A DNA stretch of 63,810 bases, filler included, from Dimorphilus gyrociliatus (Eukaryota; Animalia; Annelida), in the NCBI GenBank assembly GCA_904063045.1. It is 4 parts of 4 records of this genome, joined end to end, with 100 filler letters (N's around TTAATTAATTAA, not from the genome) between each part and the next. Parts side by side here need not be neighbours in the genome. Positions count along the whole stretch, not along the records: positions 1 to 30,973 come from CAJFCJ010000213.1; positions 31,074 to 47,179 come from CAJFCJ010000226.1; 2 more parts are not named here. One strand, written 5' to 3'. The position numbers and the translations under genes are program-made. Shown in pieces: positions 23,515-35,158 of this stretch. The first letter of the stretch is position 1. Every line of letters starts with the position of its first letter. Below the pieces are notes generated by a model. The model made no database searches, was not told the DNA's origin, and saw only the letters and a list, made by a program, of their open reading frames with translations.

Positions 23515-25650
23515 TTATTGAAAAATAGATAAGACATCTGACCCACTAGTATCTATGATATCTACCTCATCTGAATATACCTGTCGAATTCCGCTATTTT
23601 GAAGCATAGAATATAACTCGTCGAAATCACAACCTATATTATACCGAAAATTAAAACCTAGTGATCTCAAGCGAGGAAAACTTGTCACAACCACTAAAAA
23701 GTCTTCTTTACATAACATGTAATTACAATGTACTATTAGTAATTCCAAGCTTTTAAGGTCTTTTATGAACTTTAGAGAACCTGCTAATAAAGAGCATGAC
23801 TTAAAACTTAACTTTTTTAAACTTGTTAAGCTATTAATTGCTTTTAAACAGTCTGTTCTTAAATTTATACCATTTCCGAAAGACAATACTTCTAAATTTT
23901 TAAGTTTTTGAATTTCAGTTATTTTTAGGTCGTAAAAGTCTAATCCTAACAATTTGAGTGACTTGAGATTACTTAATCTACAAATACAACTAAACTCTTG
24001 TTCAGTTAATTTAATAGAATCAAAAACACCATCACATGTTAAAAATAAACTTTCCAAATTGGGCATATTGTCCAAGTTTTCTAATGCACCCTTTTCGATA
24101 TCACAATGAGACAAATCAAGTAATTTTATACTTTTAATCTTTGAAATGCTATTTAAGTCTTCTTTAGTCAAAGAAACATTATAAGCTAAATGCAATTTTT
24201 CAATCTTACATTTACTATTAAAATAGGAAAATACACTAGGATATGTTATACACCTTTTTTGGTTGAGTATTTTTAAACTATTAAGGTTTGTTACAAAATA
24301 CATTGTTTTATAACTTATTAAATTAAGTGATAAATCAAGGTATTCTAGTTTAGGAAAACCACCTACATCTTCTAATATATTCTCTCCTAATTCACAATTT
24401 GATAAAATTAGTTTGGTTAAATTTGGTAATTGACTTATTCTTTTTATGTCTTCTTTTGTTATTTCTTTATTATTAGAAAGATTTAAAATTTCCGTTTTTT
24501 TTAATTTACTTATATCGTTGATTGTTTCCTTTTTGAGTAGACAAAAATTTAAATTTAATTTTCTCAACCCAGTAATCATACAAATTTGTTGGAAAGTTTT
24601 TTCGTCTATATTTAGAATATAAGAAAGGTCTAGAGTTTCTAAATTGGATAACCTATTTATATTTTTAAGTATATTTCCATTTATATAACAGCCAGACAAG
24701 TTAAGTTCTTCTAAATTATGTAATTCAATAATTTGTTCAAGTTTCTGTTGATGATCAGTAAGCCAAGTATTAGATAAATTTAATTTTCTCATTTTAGTAA
24801 GGATTCCTATATCACTACAAAACAAATACCTTAAGAAGCAATTGTGAATATCAAGAATTTCTAATTTCTTTAATTCAAAAATTCGAATTAAATCAATCCT
24901 ATTAATTAGTTCAACCTCAACCATGTAAAGTCTTTTAAGATTTACTAACTTGCTTATACAACTTAAAACACCAGGATCAAAAATACAGTGGTTTATATTT
25001 AACTCTTGTAAACTACTTAGTGAGGTAATTGAATTAAACAACCCTCTACTTATAATTCCATTGTATGAAACATTCAATTTTTCTAAAAACTGGAAATTAT
25101 CAATTTTTTTAAAAACATCTTCTTTTAAATAACATCCTGTTATATTAAGTTCTTTAAGTTGCTTAATAAGGCATATTGATGTAAAATCTTCTTCAGTCAA
25201 TCTTATATTATAAGACAAATCTAGTTTTTGAAGATTACTTAAAGAAGTAATATTTTTTAGTGAATTGCTAGGAAGTTTACAATCATATAAATTAAGTTTC
25301 TTGAGATTTTTTAGCTCTAAAATGGAACTTATGTCGTTTTCATTTAACCATGAATTGTAAGAGAGATCCAGTTCTTCTAAGCTTTGGAGATTACGAATTC
25401 CATTAAAAAGTCCTTCTTTTAGATTACCATCTATTAACTTTAGTTTTACTAAGTTTGGTAACCTAAAAATTATTTTTAAATGCTTTTTACACTCTTCTAA
25501 GTGTTCATCTTTCTGATTGTTCACTTCTTGATTGAGTAATTTAGATTTACTTTCTTGAAAAGATGTACTTCCTAATTGGTCTTCATATGAAATAATTTGA
25601 ACAATATATAAACTGAATGTAATTTTTATAAAATCAGAACTAAAAATCAT
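23515..25650 (-). CDS. Secreted leucine-rich-repeat protein 3 (711 aa)
   Basis: Intact ORF; hydrophobic N-terminus FIKITFSLYIVQIIS; more than 20 LRRs in 25+24-aa doublets; CCC directly before the ATG. Confidence 0.9.
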   Translation of the reverse strand: MIFSSDFIKITFSLYIVQIISYEDQLGSTSFQESKSKLLNQEVNNQKDEHLEECKKHLKIIFRLPNLVKLKLIDGNLKEGLFNGIRNLQSLEELDLSYNSWLNENDISSILELKNLKKLNLYDCKLPSNSLKNITSLSNLQKLDLSYNIRLTEEDFTSICLIKQLKELNITGCYLKEDVFKKIDNFQFLEKLNVSYNGIISRGLFNSITSLSSLQELNINHCIFDPGVLSCISKLVNLKRLYMVEVELINRIDLIRIFELKKLEILDIHNCFLRYLFCSDIGILTKMRKLNLSNTWLTDHQQKLEQIIELHNLEELNLSGCYINGNILKNINRLSNLETLDLSYILNIDEKTFQQICMITGLRKLNLNFCLLKKETINDISKLKKTEILNLSNNKEITKEDIKRISQLPNLTKLILSNCELGENILEDVGGFPKLEYLDLSLNLISYKTMYFVTNLNSLKILNQKRCITYPSVFSYFNSKCKIEKLHLAYNVSLTKEDLNSISKIKSIKLLDLSHCDIEKGALENLDNMPNLESLFLTCDGVFDSIKLTEQEFSCICRLSNLKSLKLLGLDFYDLKITEIQKLKNLEVLSFGNGINLRTDCLKAINSLTSLKKLSFKSCSLLAGSLKFIKDLKSLELLIVHCNYMLCKEDFLVVVTSFPRLRSLGFNFRYNIGCDFDELYSMLQNSGIRQVYSDEVDIIDTSGSDVLSIFQ

Positions 25651-25871
25651 GGGTTAGCTAATTAATACAGTAAAATAATCAATTTTTGATTGATTTAAAA
25701 TAAAAACCTTACAAATTGATTTCCATTATAATTTTTTAAGAAATAAAAATTTCCTAAAAAAGCTTAGAAGATTAATATTAAAGTGATAAAATTTTGATTA
25801 AAAAATCCTAAAAAGAATAAATGAATAGATTTTTTATATTTATTATAAAACTGCTTATAATTAGTATTCTA

Positions 25872-26939
25872 TTATAATCTTAGACCTAAATATTCTCCCA
25901 AGTTAATATAATCAGATGTAAAAGCAGTGATTTCTTTTAAAACCTCACAAAATTTATAAACCAAATTCTTTTTTGTCTGACATTTTGGTATAATAAAAGA
26001 CTCGTGAGGTGTTTTAATATATCTGTGGTAAAATGGTGGCTTATTTGACTTCTTTTTAATTCTATTTCCATGGGCTGTATATTTGTATACAAAGAATTTA
26101 GAATCATAATAAGAAAATCCATACATGTTAGTTTTTGATCTATTTTGATTTTCTTTGACTAATTTTAAAAGTATTTCATAAAACAATGCTTTTATGGTAT
26201 CTATTTCAAGTTCTATCAACATTTCTAATAACCTAACTAAGAAGTTATATTTTTTGTCAGATCTAACATCTATCGAATATGGAGTTTATCTAGAACTGAA
26301 ATATATATTGTTCAAATAATAAATGGATTGTATTTCTCCAGATTGATTTTTACATATTACTTGTACATAACTACTATCTTTTGCTATGTTTCTTGTATAC
26401 TATGGTATAAATTTAAAAGAACAGCTGTTTGGCGTAAATAAAAAGAAATTTTTAGCAACAGTAAATAAATTTTTACGTCTGCATAGCCTTTTTATATCCG
26501 TAGTCTTGCATATTAATAAAATCTCTTTTAAAAGGGACATTTTTAAAAATAAAGACCAGTTGTAGTCTTTTCTCAGTGTTTTCTTACAAGTTAAAGTTTT
26601 ATTAAATTCATTAGAATGTTGTTGATTCAAATGTTTAGTTTCTTCCCAAATAGTGTTTATTATTTGGTTATTGATATATTTATGATCTCTACTATATTCA
26701 TAAAGTTTTACAAGCTTTATAAATGATTTGTTTTTAATACAAATTTCATTTTTATAGATACAACCTGGTGTAAATTTAATAAGCGAATTGTTTATCTCTT
26801 CTTTATATTTACTAATTTTATACTTTAGTTCATCTGAAATAAGAGTTGAGCTATGAAATAAGGTTATATTAAACCAATAAAACATGTTAAGTAAAAACAA
26901 TTTTTTTTTATATAAAATTTCTAAATTAAGAAGTGTCAA
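25872..26939 (-). pseudogene. Orphan (probably secreted) protein gene with two in-frame stops
   Basis: ORFs 26400-26939 and 25872-26222 are in one frame, joined by 59 codons (YTRNIAKDSS...FSSR*TPYS...LLE) containing one more TAA. Confidence 0.55.
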
Positions 26940-27146
26940 TCACAAAAATAGATACAATTAGATTTATGAGACAAAATAACGAATGTTTTGTTTTCTTATT
27001 CTATTTTTATGTATTTTTTAAAGTTTTACTGAATTACGTTTAAATGAATTAAAATATGTATTAATAATCTGCAATAGAATTTATTTTACACATTCAACAC
27101 ATCAATTCCTAAAAATACAATAAATTTGTATATTATTATAATTTAT

Positions 27147-27343
27147 AAATAATCGAATTATTCTAAAAATCAAATTTTTGATTTCAAAAACCGTTTTAAT
27201 AACTTTTTTTATATTTAAAAACCTTAACGAATTTTAAACATAATTTTTATAAACTAATAAATAAAGTAAACCAAATATTAAAAAAATTATTAAAGTGACT
27301 TTTTGACATCAAAAATTTGATTTTTAGAATAATTCGATTATTT
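27147..27343. mobile_element. Short MITE-like inverted repeat (about 45-bp arms)
   Basis: AAATAATCGAATTATTCTAAAAATCAAATTTTTGATTTCAAAAA matches the reverse complement of the sequence ending at 27343 with one mismatch. Confidence 0.7.
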
Positions 27344-27767
27344 TAAATTTTGTATTTTCTATTCTTATATATTGGAAGTTTTTTATACTAATTTAAGTAA
27401 ATTTGCAATTTTGTTAAATTAAGCTAAATGTTACAATTCTCCTGATTTTAAAATTTTTGAAAAATTGGTTTATATGGTTTCCTTATTTAGTTTTTTTTAA
27501 TTTATTATACAATTAAAAAATATGTGTAGTAAATTTTAAATGAATTTTAAAAAGTCTATATTTACAGTATATATGAATATTATTGTTATTAAAATGCTAT
27601 TTCTAATTTCCATTAATAAAGTTATTATTTCTATAAAAAGCCATTGATATGTATCATAAATAAACTTTGTTTAGTATCGAATTCCAATGGTTTTATAAAA
27701 ATACGAATATTAGATGATGTGTCAAATTAATAAAAACTATAAAAGTGTGTTTTTATAATCGGGCCTT

Positions 27768-28398
27768 ATGAATTTAAAAGTTTTATTTGATAGTAAATAC
27801 AGAAATAATGAAATAGGAAGTTTCATTTTGCTTAAAGTAGTGTTTTATTGTGTTAAATTAACGTTTTGTGCTGATAAAAAAACTGGATATTTTTATTCAA
27901 AATTATCATCTATACGTAAATTATTTAAACCAATAACAGAAAATCCCGATATTCAAAACAGTACATCCATTTTTAACAAAAAAAAGCAAGAAATTGAGTT
28001 TGATAGCGAATTTACTCCACTATATCTACTAGAAAATCTCAAATCTAACTGTTCTACGTACTCTGATAGTCTACATTTAAACAATACCCGATTACATGAA
28101 TGCATTTGCCAATATTATAATTACCACTTTCGTTTTAGAAGTGGAAATACTCGTACCAGAATGGAAAATTCAATTATAAAATATGTTACAGAAAATAACA
28201 CTAAACCCGTTCAGTAAAAATCATGAGTCTTGGTTCTGGTGGATGTCTTCAAGAGTTTATTTTGATTTTAGAACTAATAAAATTAGAATTAAAGGAAATA
28301 AATATAACACTAGTAGAGCCAACCCAAAGTTTATTGATTCAGTTGCAGATATTAAAAATATATCAGAAAAAATAGTAAATTTTATAATAATAGTATAA
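27768..28398 (+). pseudogene. Frameshifted orphan gene
   Basis: Overlapping ORFs 27768-28217 and 28183-28398 in different frames; GGGCCTT before the ATG; no recognisable domain. Confidence 0.4.
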
Positions 28399-28740
28399 AA
28401 ATTAAAATAGAGTCCTATTCTTATATAGATGAGGTACCAAAAGAAAAAAATTTGATATAATTTATGCTTTTGACTTTCAAAGCTATGTTCCTTATTTAGA
28501 TTATTCAGAAGGGATGTTATTAAGCAATTCAGGTAACTTTGAAAAAAAAGAAAAATCAACTGAGGTAGGAAATAATCCATATAAGTCAATAATAGACTTT
28601 ATAAAAGCTAGCAATTATATTAAGTCAGTAAAGGAAGGATTATCGCTTTCTCACGTACCACCGATATAATATCCCATACTCCTTATGTTATTGGATCAAA
28701 ATTCAACCAACTTGCAGTTTTTACAGATAAAGACTATAAA

Positions 28741-29135
28741 ATGGATAAAATCGATATTTTTTATATAAATAGAAACATTTGTGTTCTTACTCTTAGTCTG
28801 AAACTCTTTCTAGATCACCCAAAAAAAAATTATTAATAAATGAATCTATTATAAGAAAGGAAGATAAGCAGAGTTTAGAAAAGTTTCTTTGCAATTACAG
28901 CATTAATTATGAATTTATTAAAAACGAACAAGTGCGTAAATTAGCTGAGCGAAAGTGTATTCTTGTACTAGACCTTGTAACGCTTAAGAATGAAGAAGAA
29001 CAAAGTAAATTTTTAGAAAATTATAAACATTATAATAATTTACATGTTGTTAAAACAATATGGGATTCTTTTTCTTCGAATGGACTAAGATTACGAATAC
29101 AGCCCCCATTAGAGCTAAAAGACGAAGAAAGCTAG
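28741..29135 (+). pseudogene. Small orphan gene with a frameshift at an A9 run
   Basis: MDKIDIFYINRNICVL... continues after a shift as LLINESIIRKEDK...KNEQVRKLAERK, which is in frame with ORF 28932-29135. Confidence 0.35.
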
Positions 29136-29756
29136 TCAACTAGTAAGTTAAAATGGAATTTAGCTAAATGGTAGTTTTATTAAACTAATACCACTTATAT
29201 TATGTTTATTTGGAGTTTTCAATTAAGCTAATTTAATATTATCAATAGATATTAGATTTAAATTTTAACCTTATTTTCTATTATAAAATGATAATTTATC
29301 TCTTTTTATAATTTTATATAAAAACCAAATACAATATTTCCAAGTTTTAAAATCCTCTGATTTTTTTAAAAAACTCAAACATTACTTTTAAGTAGAAATA
29401 TTAGGGTTTATGGTATTATAAGGGATTTTTGGATTTTTTAATAAAATCTAAATTCCTTAAATAAAAAAAAAATTCTCGAGAACAAAATTAAGAGATTAAT
29501 TAATCTTTTAACTTTATCATGCTTCCTAAACCAAGTTTTTTGTAAAATATATATAAATTGTAAATCTTTACATTTCGTATATTTTTTAAGTTCTCATTTT
29601 AAAATACTCTGAAACTATTTGATGTCTTGGATGTGTATTTCTTTATTTTGAGGGAGACAAAATTATACGAGTGATTGAGAGTTTCATGCTGATAGATAAG
29701 AATCATCCCTAAACCCAGCTTGATAATATGCCCAATAACCTGTTACAGAGCTATCA

Positions 29757-30973
29757 GGGGTAAAATGGACAATTTTAAATTTTTTTTTAATTTTTTTTTT
29801 CAATTTTTTTTAGTTTTTTTAAAATTAAAAGAACATTGCATTTAAATATTACCTTTATTGATTTAACGTACTATTTAGATTTTCCCACATTTTACGATAG
29901 AAATTACGAAAAACATTTTGGTCATTCTCATTAAAAGAATCAATGGCCTCAATTATATAACTTTTTAAGATAGAACTATTTGTTGCCACGGGTCTTTTAC
30001 TACAAACTTTTGATTTTGATACTGAAAATACATTCTCAATGGGATTAAAGTCTGGGAATATGGTGAAAGAAACTTAAATGAAATATTATTTCTTCTAAGA
30101 ATATTTCTGACTGTTTCGGTTCTGTGTATAGAAGCATTATCCATTACCAAAAGAGTGTCATTTGTAAGGCTTTGGCGATTCACGTAATTTTGTATAAATT
30201 CACCAAACTGATTTGAGCTAAATGATCCATCAACTATAGTATAATCATTATACCATTTAGGCTAAACATTGCACAAAGTGATATATTTCTTCCTCTAGAT
30301 GGATTAACAGATACCAATGCATCTGTATTAGCAGGGAATATCCATAACTATTTGATACATGTAAATTAAATCCCGATTCATCAAAGAAAACTATTTGCTT
30401 ATGCCTATTGAGCATCATTTCAGATGCATATTGTGCTCTTTTCTCAGTATTTGACTGTTCAAATGTCACTGACGCTCTTCTTTTCAACCTTTTTCGGGTC
30501 AATCCTGCTTTTTGTCAAGATACTCATTTTAGTTTGGGATAGAGGAATATTTTCACTGTTTAAAATCTTCTTGCTCCCTTTTGGTAAGACCATTATCTCT
30601 GCTAAACACTTCAATTATATTTGCTTTTAAAGTAGTGTTATCCCTCCGAGCTGGTCCTTTTTTGCTTACTAGTTTGGAAAAGGTGGGCTCTGACTCTGTT
30701 TCAAGAAATTTTATGATTTCATAAATTCTTGACCTTGATACATTGGTTGTACTGCTAATTGTAGGCACTTTCATGGTATCTTTTAGTCTTTTAATTTGCT
30801 CAAAAGGTTTTCATCAAGCTTTTGGTATTTTCTTGCTCGGTTGTTATCTTCTCTCATTTTTTAGGGCTAAAAAATTGATGGCCAATCGTAGAAAAAAAAC
30901 CTATCTAGTTGGTAATACCTTAGAAATAAAAAATATTAAAAAAAAAAAAATTTCAAAATTGTCCATTTTATTT
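29757..30973 (-). mobile_element. IS630/Tc1-mariner element with a broken transposase and terminal inverted repeats
   Basis: TIR TAAAATGGACAATTTT(A/G)AA at about 29761 and its reverse complement ending at about 30970. Fragments are HTH (TISSTTNVSRSRIYEII), IVFFDESGFN, LVMDNASIH and FLSPYS. Confidence 0.8.
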
Positions 30974-31073
30974 NNNNNNNNNNNNNNNNNNNNNNNNNNN
31001 NNNNNNNNNNNNNNNNNTTAATTAATTAANNNNNNNNNNNNNNNNNNNNNNNNNNNNNNNNNNNNNNNNNNNN
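30974..31073. other. Artificial scaffold linker 1 (44 N + TTAATTAATTAA + 44 N)
   Basis: The same 100-nt structure occurs three times; TTAATTAATTAA puts stops in all six frames. Confidence 0.97.
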
Positions 31074-32123
31074 TACATGCAACAACTAAATTAAGAAATA
31101 TTCCAATAATCTCTTAATCATCATTAAACACTTTAAAACATTATCAAATGTAGATCGATTGCAATTTCCCTTTTTGCTGTGTTTAAATTTTCAAGATTGT
31201 CATAAAGGTTAAAGATATATTTTTTCAAGATGAATGGATAAATGATTTCATCTTTAACTACTTGAATAAATAATGTCAAAGATACATCAATTTCTGTGAT
31301 TTCAATAATTTCATTTGAATTAATGACGGTAGATGTCGCCTCAACATATAAATTTTCAGTACATAATGTATCGGTTGTAGAATTTGTCATTGAAGATATC
31401 GAGGTGGTATTGACAGTATTTGTCGATCTCTCCAGTTGAATATCAAATATTAAAGATGAATTTGCATTTAAAACTATATGTAAATATAAATATGTATATA
31501 TATCAATATGTAGGAGAAATGGATGGTAAGATTCTCTTTACTTCTCTTATCAATCAGTTGGCCATAGACTCTAATATCGCAGATAGACAAAACGAGGCCT
31601 TTGTTTTGAAACAGTTTTAAAAACGATCCTACAGTGTTGTAATTACAGTTGAAACAGTCGTAATCGTTTACGCTTGTGACTTGTTTTTATTGGTGTGTTT
31701 GATGCAGGCCTACATACATTTTCTTGTTTGTCATATAGGCGTTTTTTTGCAGTTATTTTAAACTGTGCAAGTCGGCCACCTAAGGAAGTATATATATAGA
31801 GAAATTATCTAAGTGTCGATGACATTTTTCTAAGTATTTTACCAGAAGTTTCTCTATTAAGTAAGCAAATTTTATTGATATTATAAACATTTTTCAAATC
31901 CGATACCCACCAATTGTAACCCTGTTTTGAAGAAGTATAGCTACAATGCAATACTGACCCTTCAAAGCCAATTTTAATGCTATCGTTATTGGCTTTATAA
32001 GCCCTTGGCTGTACCTAACCTTTTCCATTAGCCTTAACCCTTAGAGGAGACCCTCGTAAGTACAAATCAGTTGCTGTGTTCTTCTTCCTAACCATTTCCC
32101 AATCTAAAATCTAGTCTTAAAAT

Positions 32124-32154
32124 TTCTCATTTGTGGACGTTTTCTGTCGATCCC
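32124..32154 (-). mobile_element. Solo terminus of a MULE-type repeat family (GGGATCGACAGAAAACGTCCACAAATGAGA)
   Basis: Same terminus and adjacent about 90 bp as at 33279 and 57520; same terminus as at 55971. Confidence 0.6.
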
Positions 32155-32206
32155 GGTTTTTCGTATTGAAATTGTAAGTTCTATAGCAACAAGGAAATGC
32201 TGAATG

Positions 32207-33113
32207 GGGTGCAGGAGAAAACGTCCATAACTTAGGAAAAAACATCAACAGTAATTTTTTGTATGAACAATGGTTTAGAGATTAATATTTGGTATAGATA
32301 AATAGGTTTAAATATTGTTATTGAGATTATAAAAATTATGCAATGATAGATCCGCCATTTTGTTGAGGAATTATTTCCATTTCTACCATCAAACATCATT
32401 GAGAGTGCATTTAAAAACATGGAGCAGACCACTTCAACACACTTAGGACCATTTATTGATTATATGAAGAACCAGTGGTTATATAGATATTACCCACCAC
32501 ACACTTGGTCTATATATGGTGAAGCAATCAGAACCAACAATGATCTGGAAGGATGGCACAACAGATTAAATAGGAATATTCATGCAAATTCATCATTGTA
32601 TGTGATCATTGATGAATTAAAGAGAGAAGCAGAGTTGATTACACTTTACAAAAAATTATTAAGTGAGAGAAAGATCTGTAGACAGCAAAGAAAACCATAT
32701 CAGAAAATTCAAAGTCAGATTTTTGGTATATGGGAGCAATTTGAAGTTAGATCAGTATCTGCATCAGAGTTATTAGAAAAGGCAGCAAGCATTTATATTA
32801 TGTCATGAACTACTTTAGCTGGTTACAAAAAACTTAGAAATTTTTTGGAATTCATATTCTGCTAGTTTATACATGTTTTGTAGTTATCTCTTTTATATTA
32901 GACATATCTTATTACATGAATAAAATATTACACATCTTTTTTTCTAATTTTTCATATTTTCATTCAAATATTAATCTCTAAACCATTCTTCATATAAAAA
33001 ATTGCTGTTGATGTTTTCTCCTAAGTTATGGAAGTTTTCTCTTGTGGACATTTTCTCTTGTGGACGTTTTCTCCTGTGGACGTTTTCTCTTGTGGACGTT
33101 TTCTCCATAAACC
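32207..33113 (+). mobile_element. Internally deleted Mutator-like element (MULE) with a perfect 9-bp TSD
   Basis: TGCTGAATG at 32198-32206 and 33114-33122; G-starting termini (GGGTGCAGGAGAAAACGTCC / GGTTTATGGAGAAAACGTCC); about 80-bp imperfect TIR. The internal transposase C-terminus reads FLP..IESAF, FIDYMKNQWL and WSIY...RTNNDLEGWHNRLN. Confidence 0.9.
33042..33105. repeat. Four tandem 16-bp subterminal repeats (TTGTGGACGTTTTCTC) inside the MULE
   Basis: Direct reading; degenerate units continue to the left (33005-33041). Confidence 0.9.
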
Positions 33114-33278
33114 TGCTGAATGTGATATACAACTTTAACAAAAGTTAAATATAATATTTTAGTAGATTGAAACAATTGCCAAAAGTAAGCTTAGACAAGA
33201 AAACAACATTACATTCTACCTTAACCCTAACTCTTAAAAATTGAAATAATCAAATATCCTAGCTAAGAGTTTTCAAAC

Positions 33279-33427
33279 GGGTCCGACAAAAAACGTCCCC
33301 AAGTGAGATTTTTGAGAGCAACATTTCGGATTGAAAAATGGTTAAGAGGAGTAAATTAGCTTTTGATTTGTAGTTAGGGGTTAGGGTTAAACCATGCAAA
33401 TGTATGGGGACATTTTCTGTTGTGTCC
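33279..33427. mobile_element. 149-bp MULE-type MITE
   Basis: TIRs GGGTCCGACAAAAAACGTCCCC / GGACACAACAGAAAATGTCCCC; flanks TTTTCAAAC and ATTTCAAAC (8/9 TSD); internal GGGGTTAGGGTTA. Confidence 0.75.
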
Positions 33428-35158
33428 ATTTCAAACAGTTTGATGACAAAAATGATGACTGTTACTAAAACTGAGATATACCTTTTCATAACAAGTCTAT
33501 TATGAGCGCTGATTGCCAGATTATTGATTACTATAAGTACTGTTTTCCTATGCCAAAAATACAGGAAATCACGATAGCATCTTTAGATCAGGGTTGGGTT
33601 AAAACTTGCAAAATAGGCACGAATTTTTTCATTCCCTTAAAAAAAATCCAGGCACTTTTATAACCAATACAGTGCCAGTTTTGTATTTTGTGAGCTAATT
33701 TGCATATTGAATTCACCATCATAAAACAATTGTTTCTTTGAATGCTGCTATTGTTTTTGCTTACAATATCCATTGTTGGTCAATTTTCAATATTCTGTTG
33801 TAAAAACCAGTTGAACATATTTTATGCTTGTGAAATAAGAGAAAAAAATTGAAAAATGAAAATTTTCGCTCTCTACTTACTTCTAGTATTTTTTATAGTT
33901 TGTCAAGTGAATTATGTTTCTCTCGGCGATGAAAATTTACTTCAGCAATCCTTTTTAAGGTCGCTTGAAAGGCGCTATTCAAACAGTTTACAAAAGAAGG
34001 TAAACATTTTAAGAAAAATGAATAAAAAAGGTAATTTTTACAAATTTTAGGGAATAAATCTGTGCCAGTATTGCATAATGAGAAATATGAAAGCGGACAT
34101 TTGTTCATCAAAAAATTACTTCCAGATCTGTGTAAATTAGACTTTTTCCAACATTAAAAAGAATTCGAGTTGAACATTAATTTTTTTTAACTAAAAAACA
34201 ATGTAATAGCTGATAATAAACTTTCAGTTCGTCTCTAAGAGGTTTTACTAGGAAAGATGAACAATACATGAACAGATCTTCTAAATCATGTGATAAATTA
34301 TTCACATAAACATTCTTTGAATGATTTCTTTCATCCAAGATATATTTCAAACCATCTGTTTCTTGACTACTCTCTGAATGCATCGCAATCAAGTTGTTCT
34401 GTTCGATAAGGCCAACGTACAAGATCTGTCAAGAAAGAGGCAGCTAAGAGGTTAGGAGAGAGCATGTCAATAGGTTAAAGTTTAACACAAGGTTGGCGCA
34501 TTTATGGACGTTTCTCGTACATTTAGATTTTTTCAAAAGCAAAACAGTGTTTCTTATTTTTTAAAATGTCTTTGAATTTCTCAAACTCCGCAATATTTAT
34601 AATAATTTATTTCAGAAGAACAAATTGAGAACCACTCTCTTGTCAGATGTTTGACCTAGTTCCTGGTTCTCATTATAACACCATTCAAATATTTAAATTT
34701 TGTAATAAATATTGATGAAAAGTTGATGGGAGTAAAGATTTTCAAAAGAAGTCATTAAGGTTTTATTTTTTCACGATCGCAGATGGCTCAAAAGCTCCAT
34801 ACGACTGGGAAGTGCCATCTGTAGGAAGGGAACAACTGAGGTTTATTGAGTGATTGTTATATGCATTCAAGTATTATCAGTCAAATAGATAAATTCGTCG
34901 CTATAAAAACCAAGGAAATTATTTTGGCAGATGGCCAAAAAAAATTCAAAGCCGAGAAGAAAATAAAAGACAGTGAAAGTACTGGTTCATTCAATTTCAT
35001 CAATTCTGAAATAAATTGAAAATATTGAATTTTAAACATTGTAAATATGTCTGAAAATCAATGAACTAATGATTGAATTTATTATTCATATTATCAAAAA
35101 AGTAAAAGACTTAATGAACTGCTTTAATTGTTAATTAAAATGATGTGTTTCCATAGAA

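Noticed and set aside
20669-26402. Stop-codon reassignment (TAA/TAG read as sense) to explain in-frame stops
   Set aside because: Intact genes in the same scaffold are free of internal stops and end in TAA (8275, 11351, 23515), and frameshifts co-occur with the stops.
30743-31021. 92-aa ORF running into N
   Set aside because: Antisense to the IS630-like element and terminated by the linker.
1-31073. Horizontal integration of microsporidian DNA into the animal genome
   Set aside because: The two sequence types meet only across an artificial linker; no contiguous junction is visible.
33005-33105. CRISPR-like array
   Set aside because: The 16-bp units are contiguous with no spacers, lie inside a MULE, and there are no cas genes.
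33588-34900. Short ORFs that might form a spliced gene or a neuropeptide precursor (33856-34050)
   Set aside because: Candidate exons exist on both strands, but I could not build a phase-consistent model or recognise a domain.
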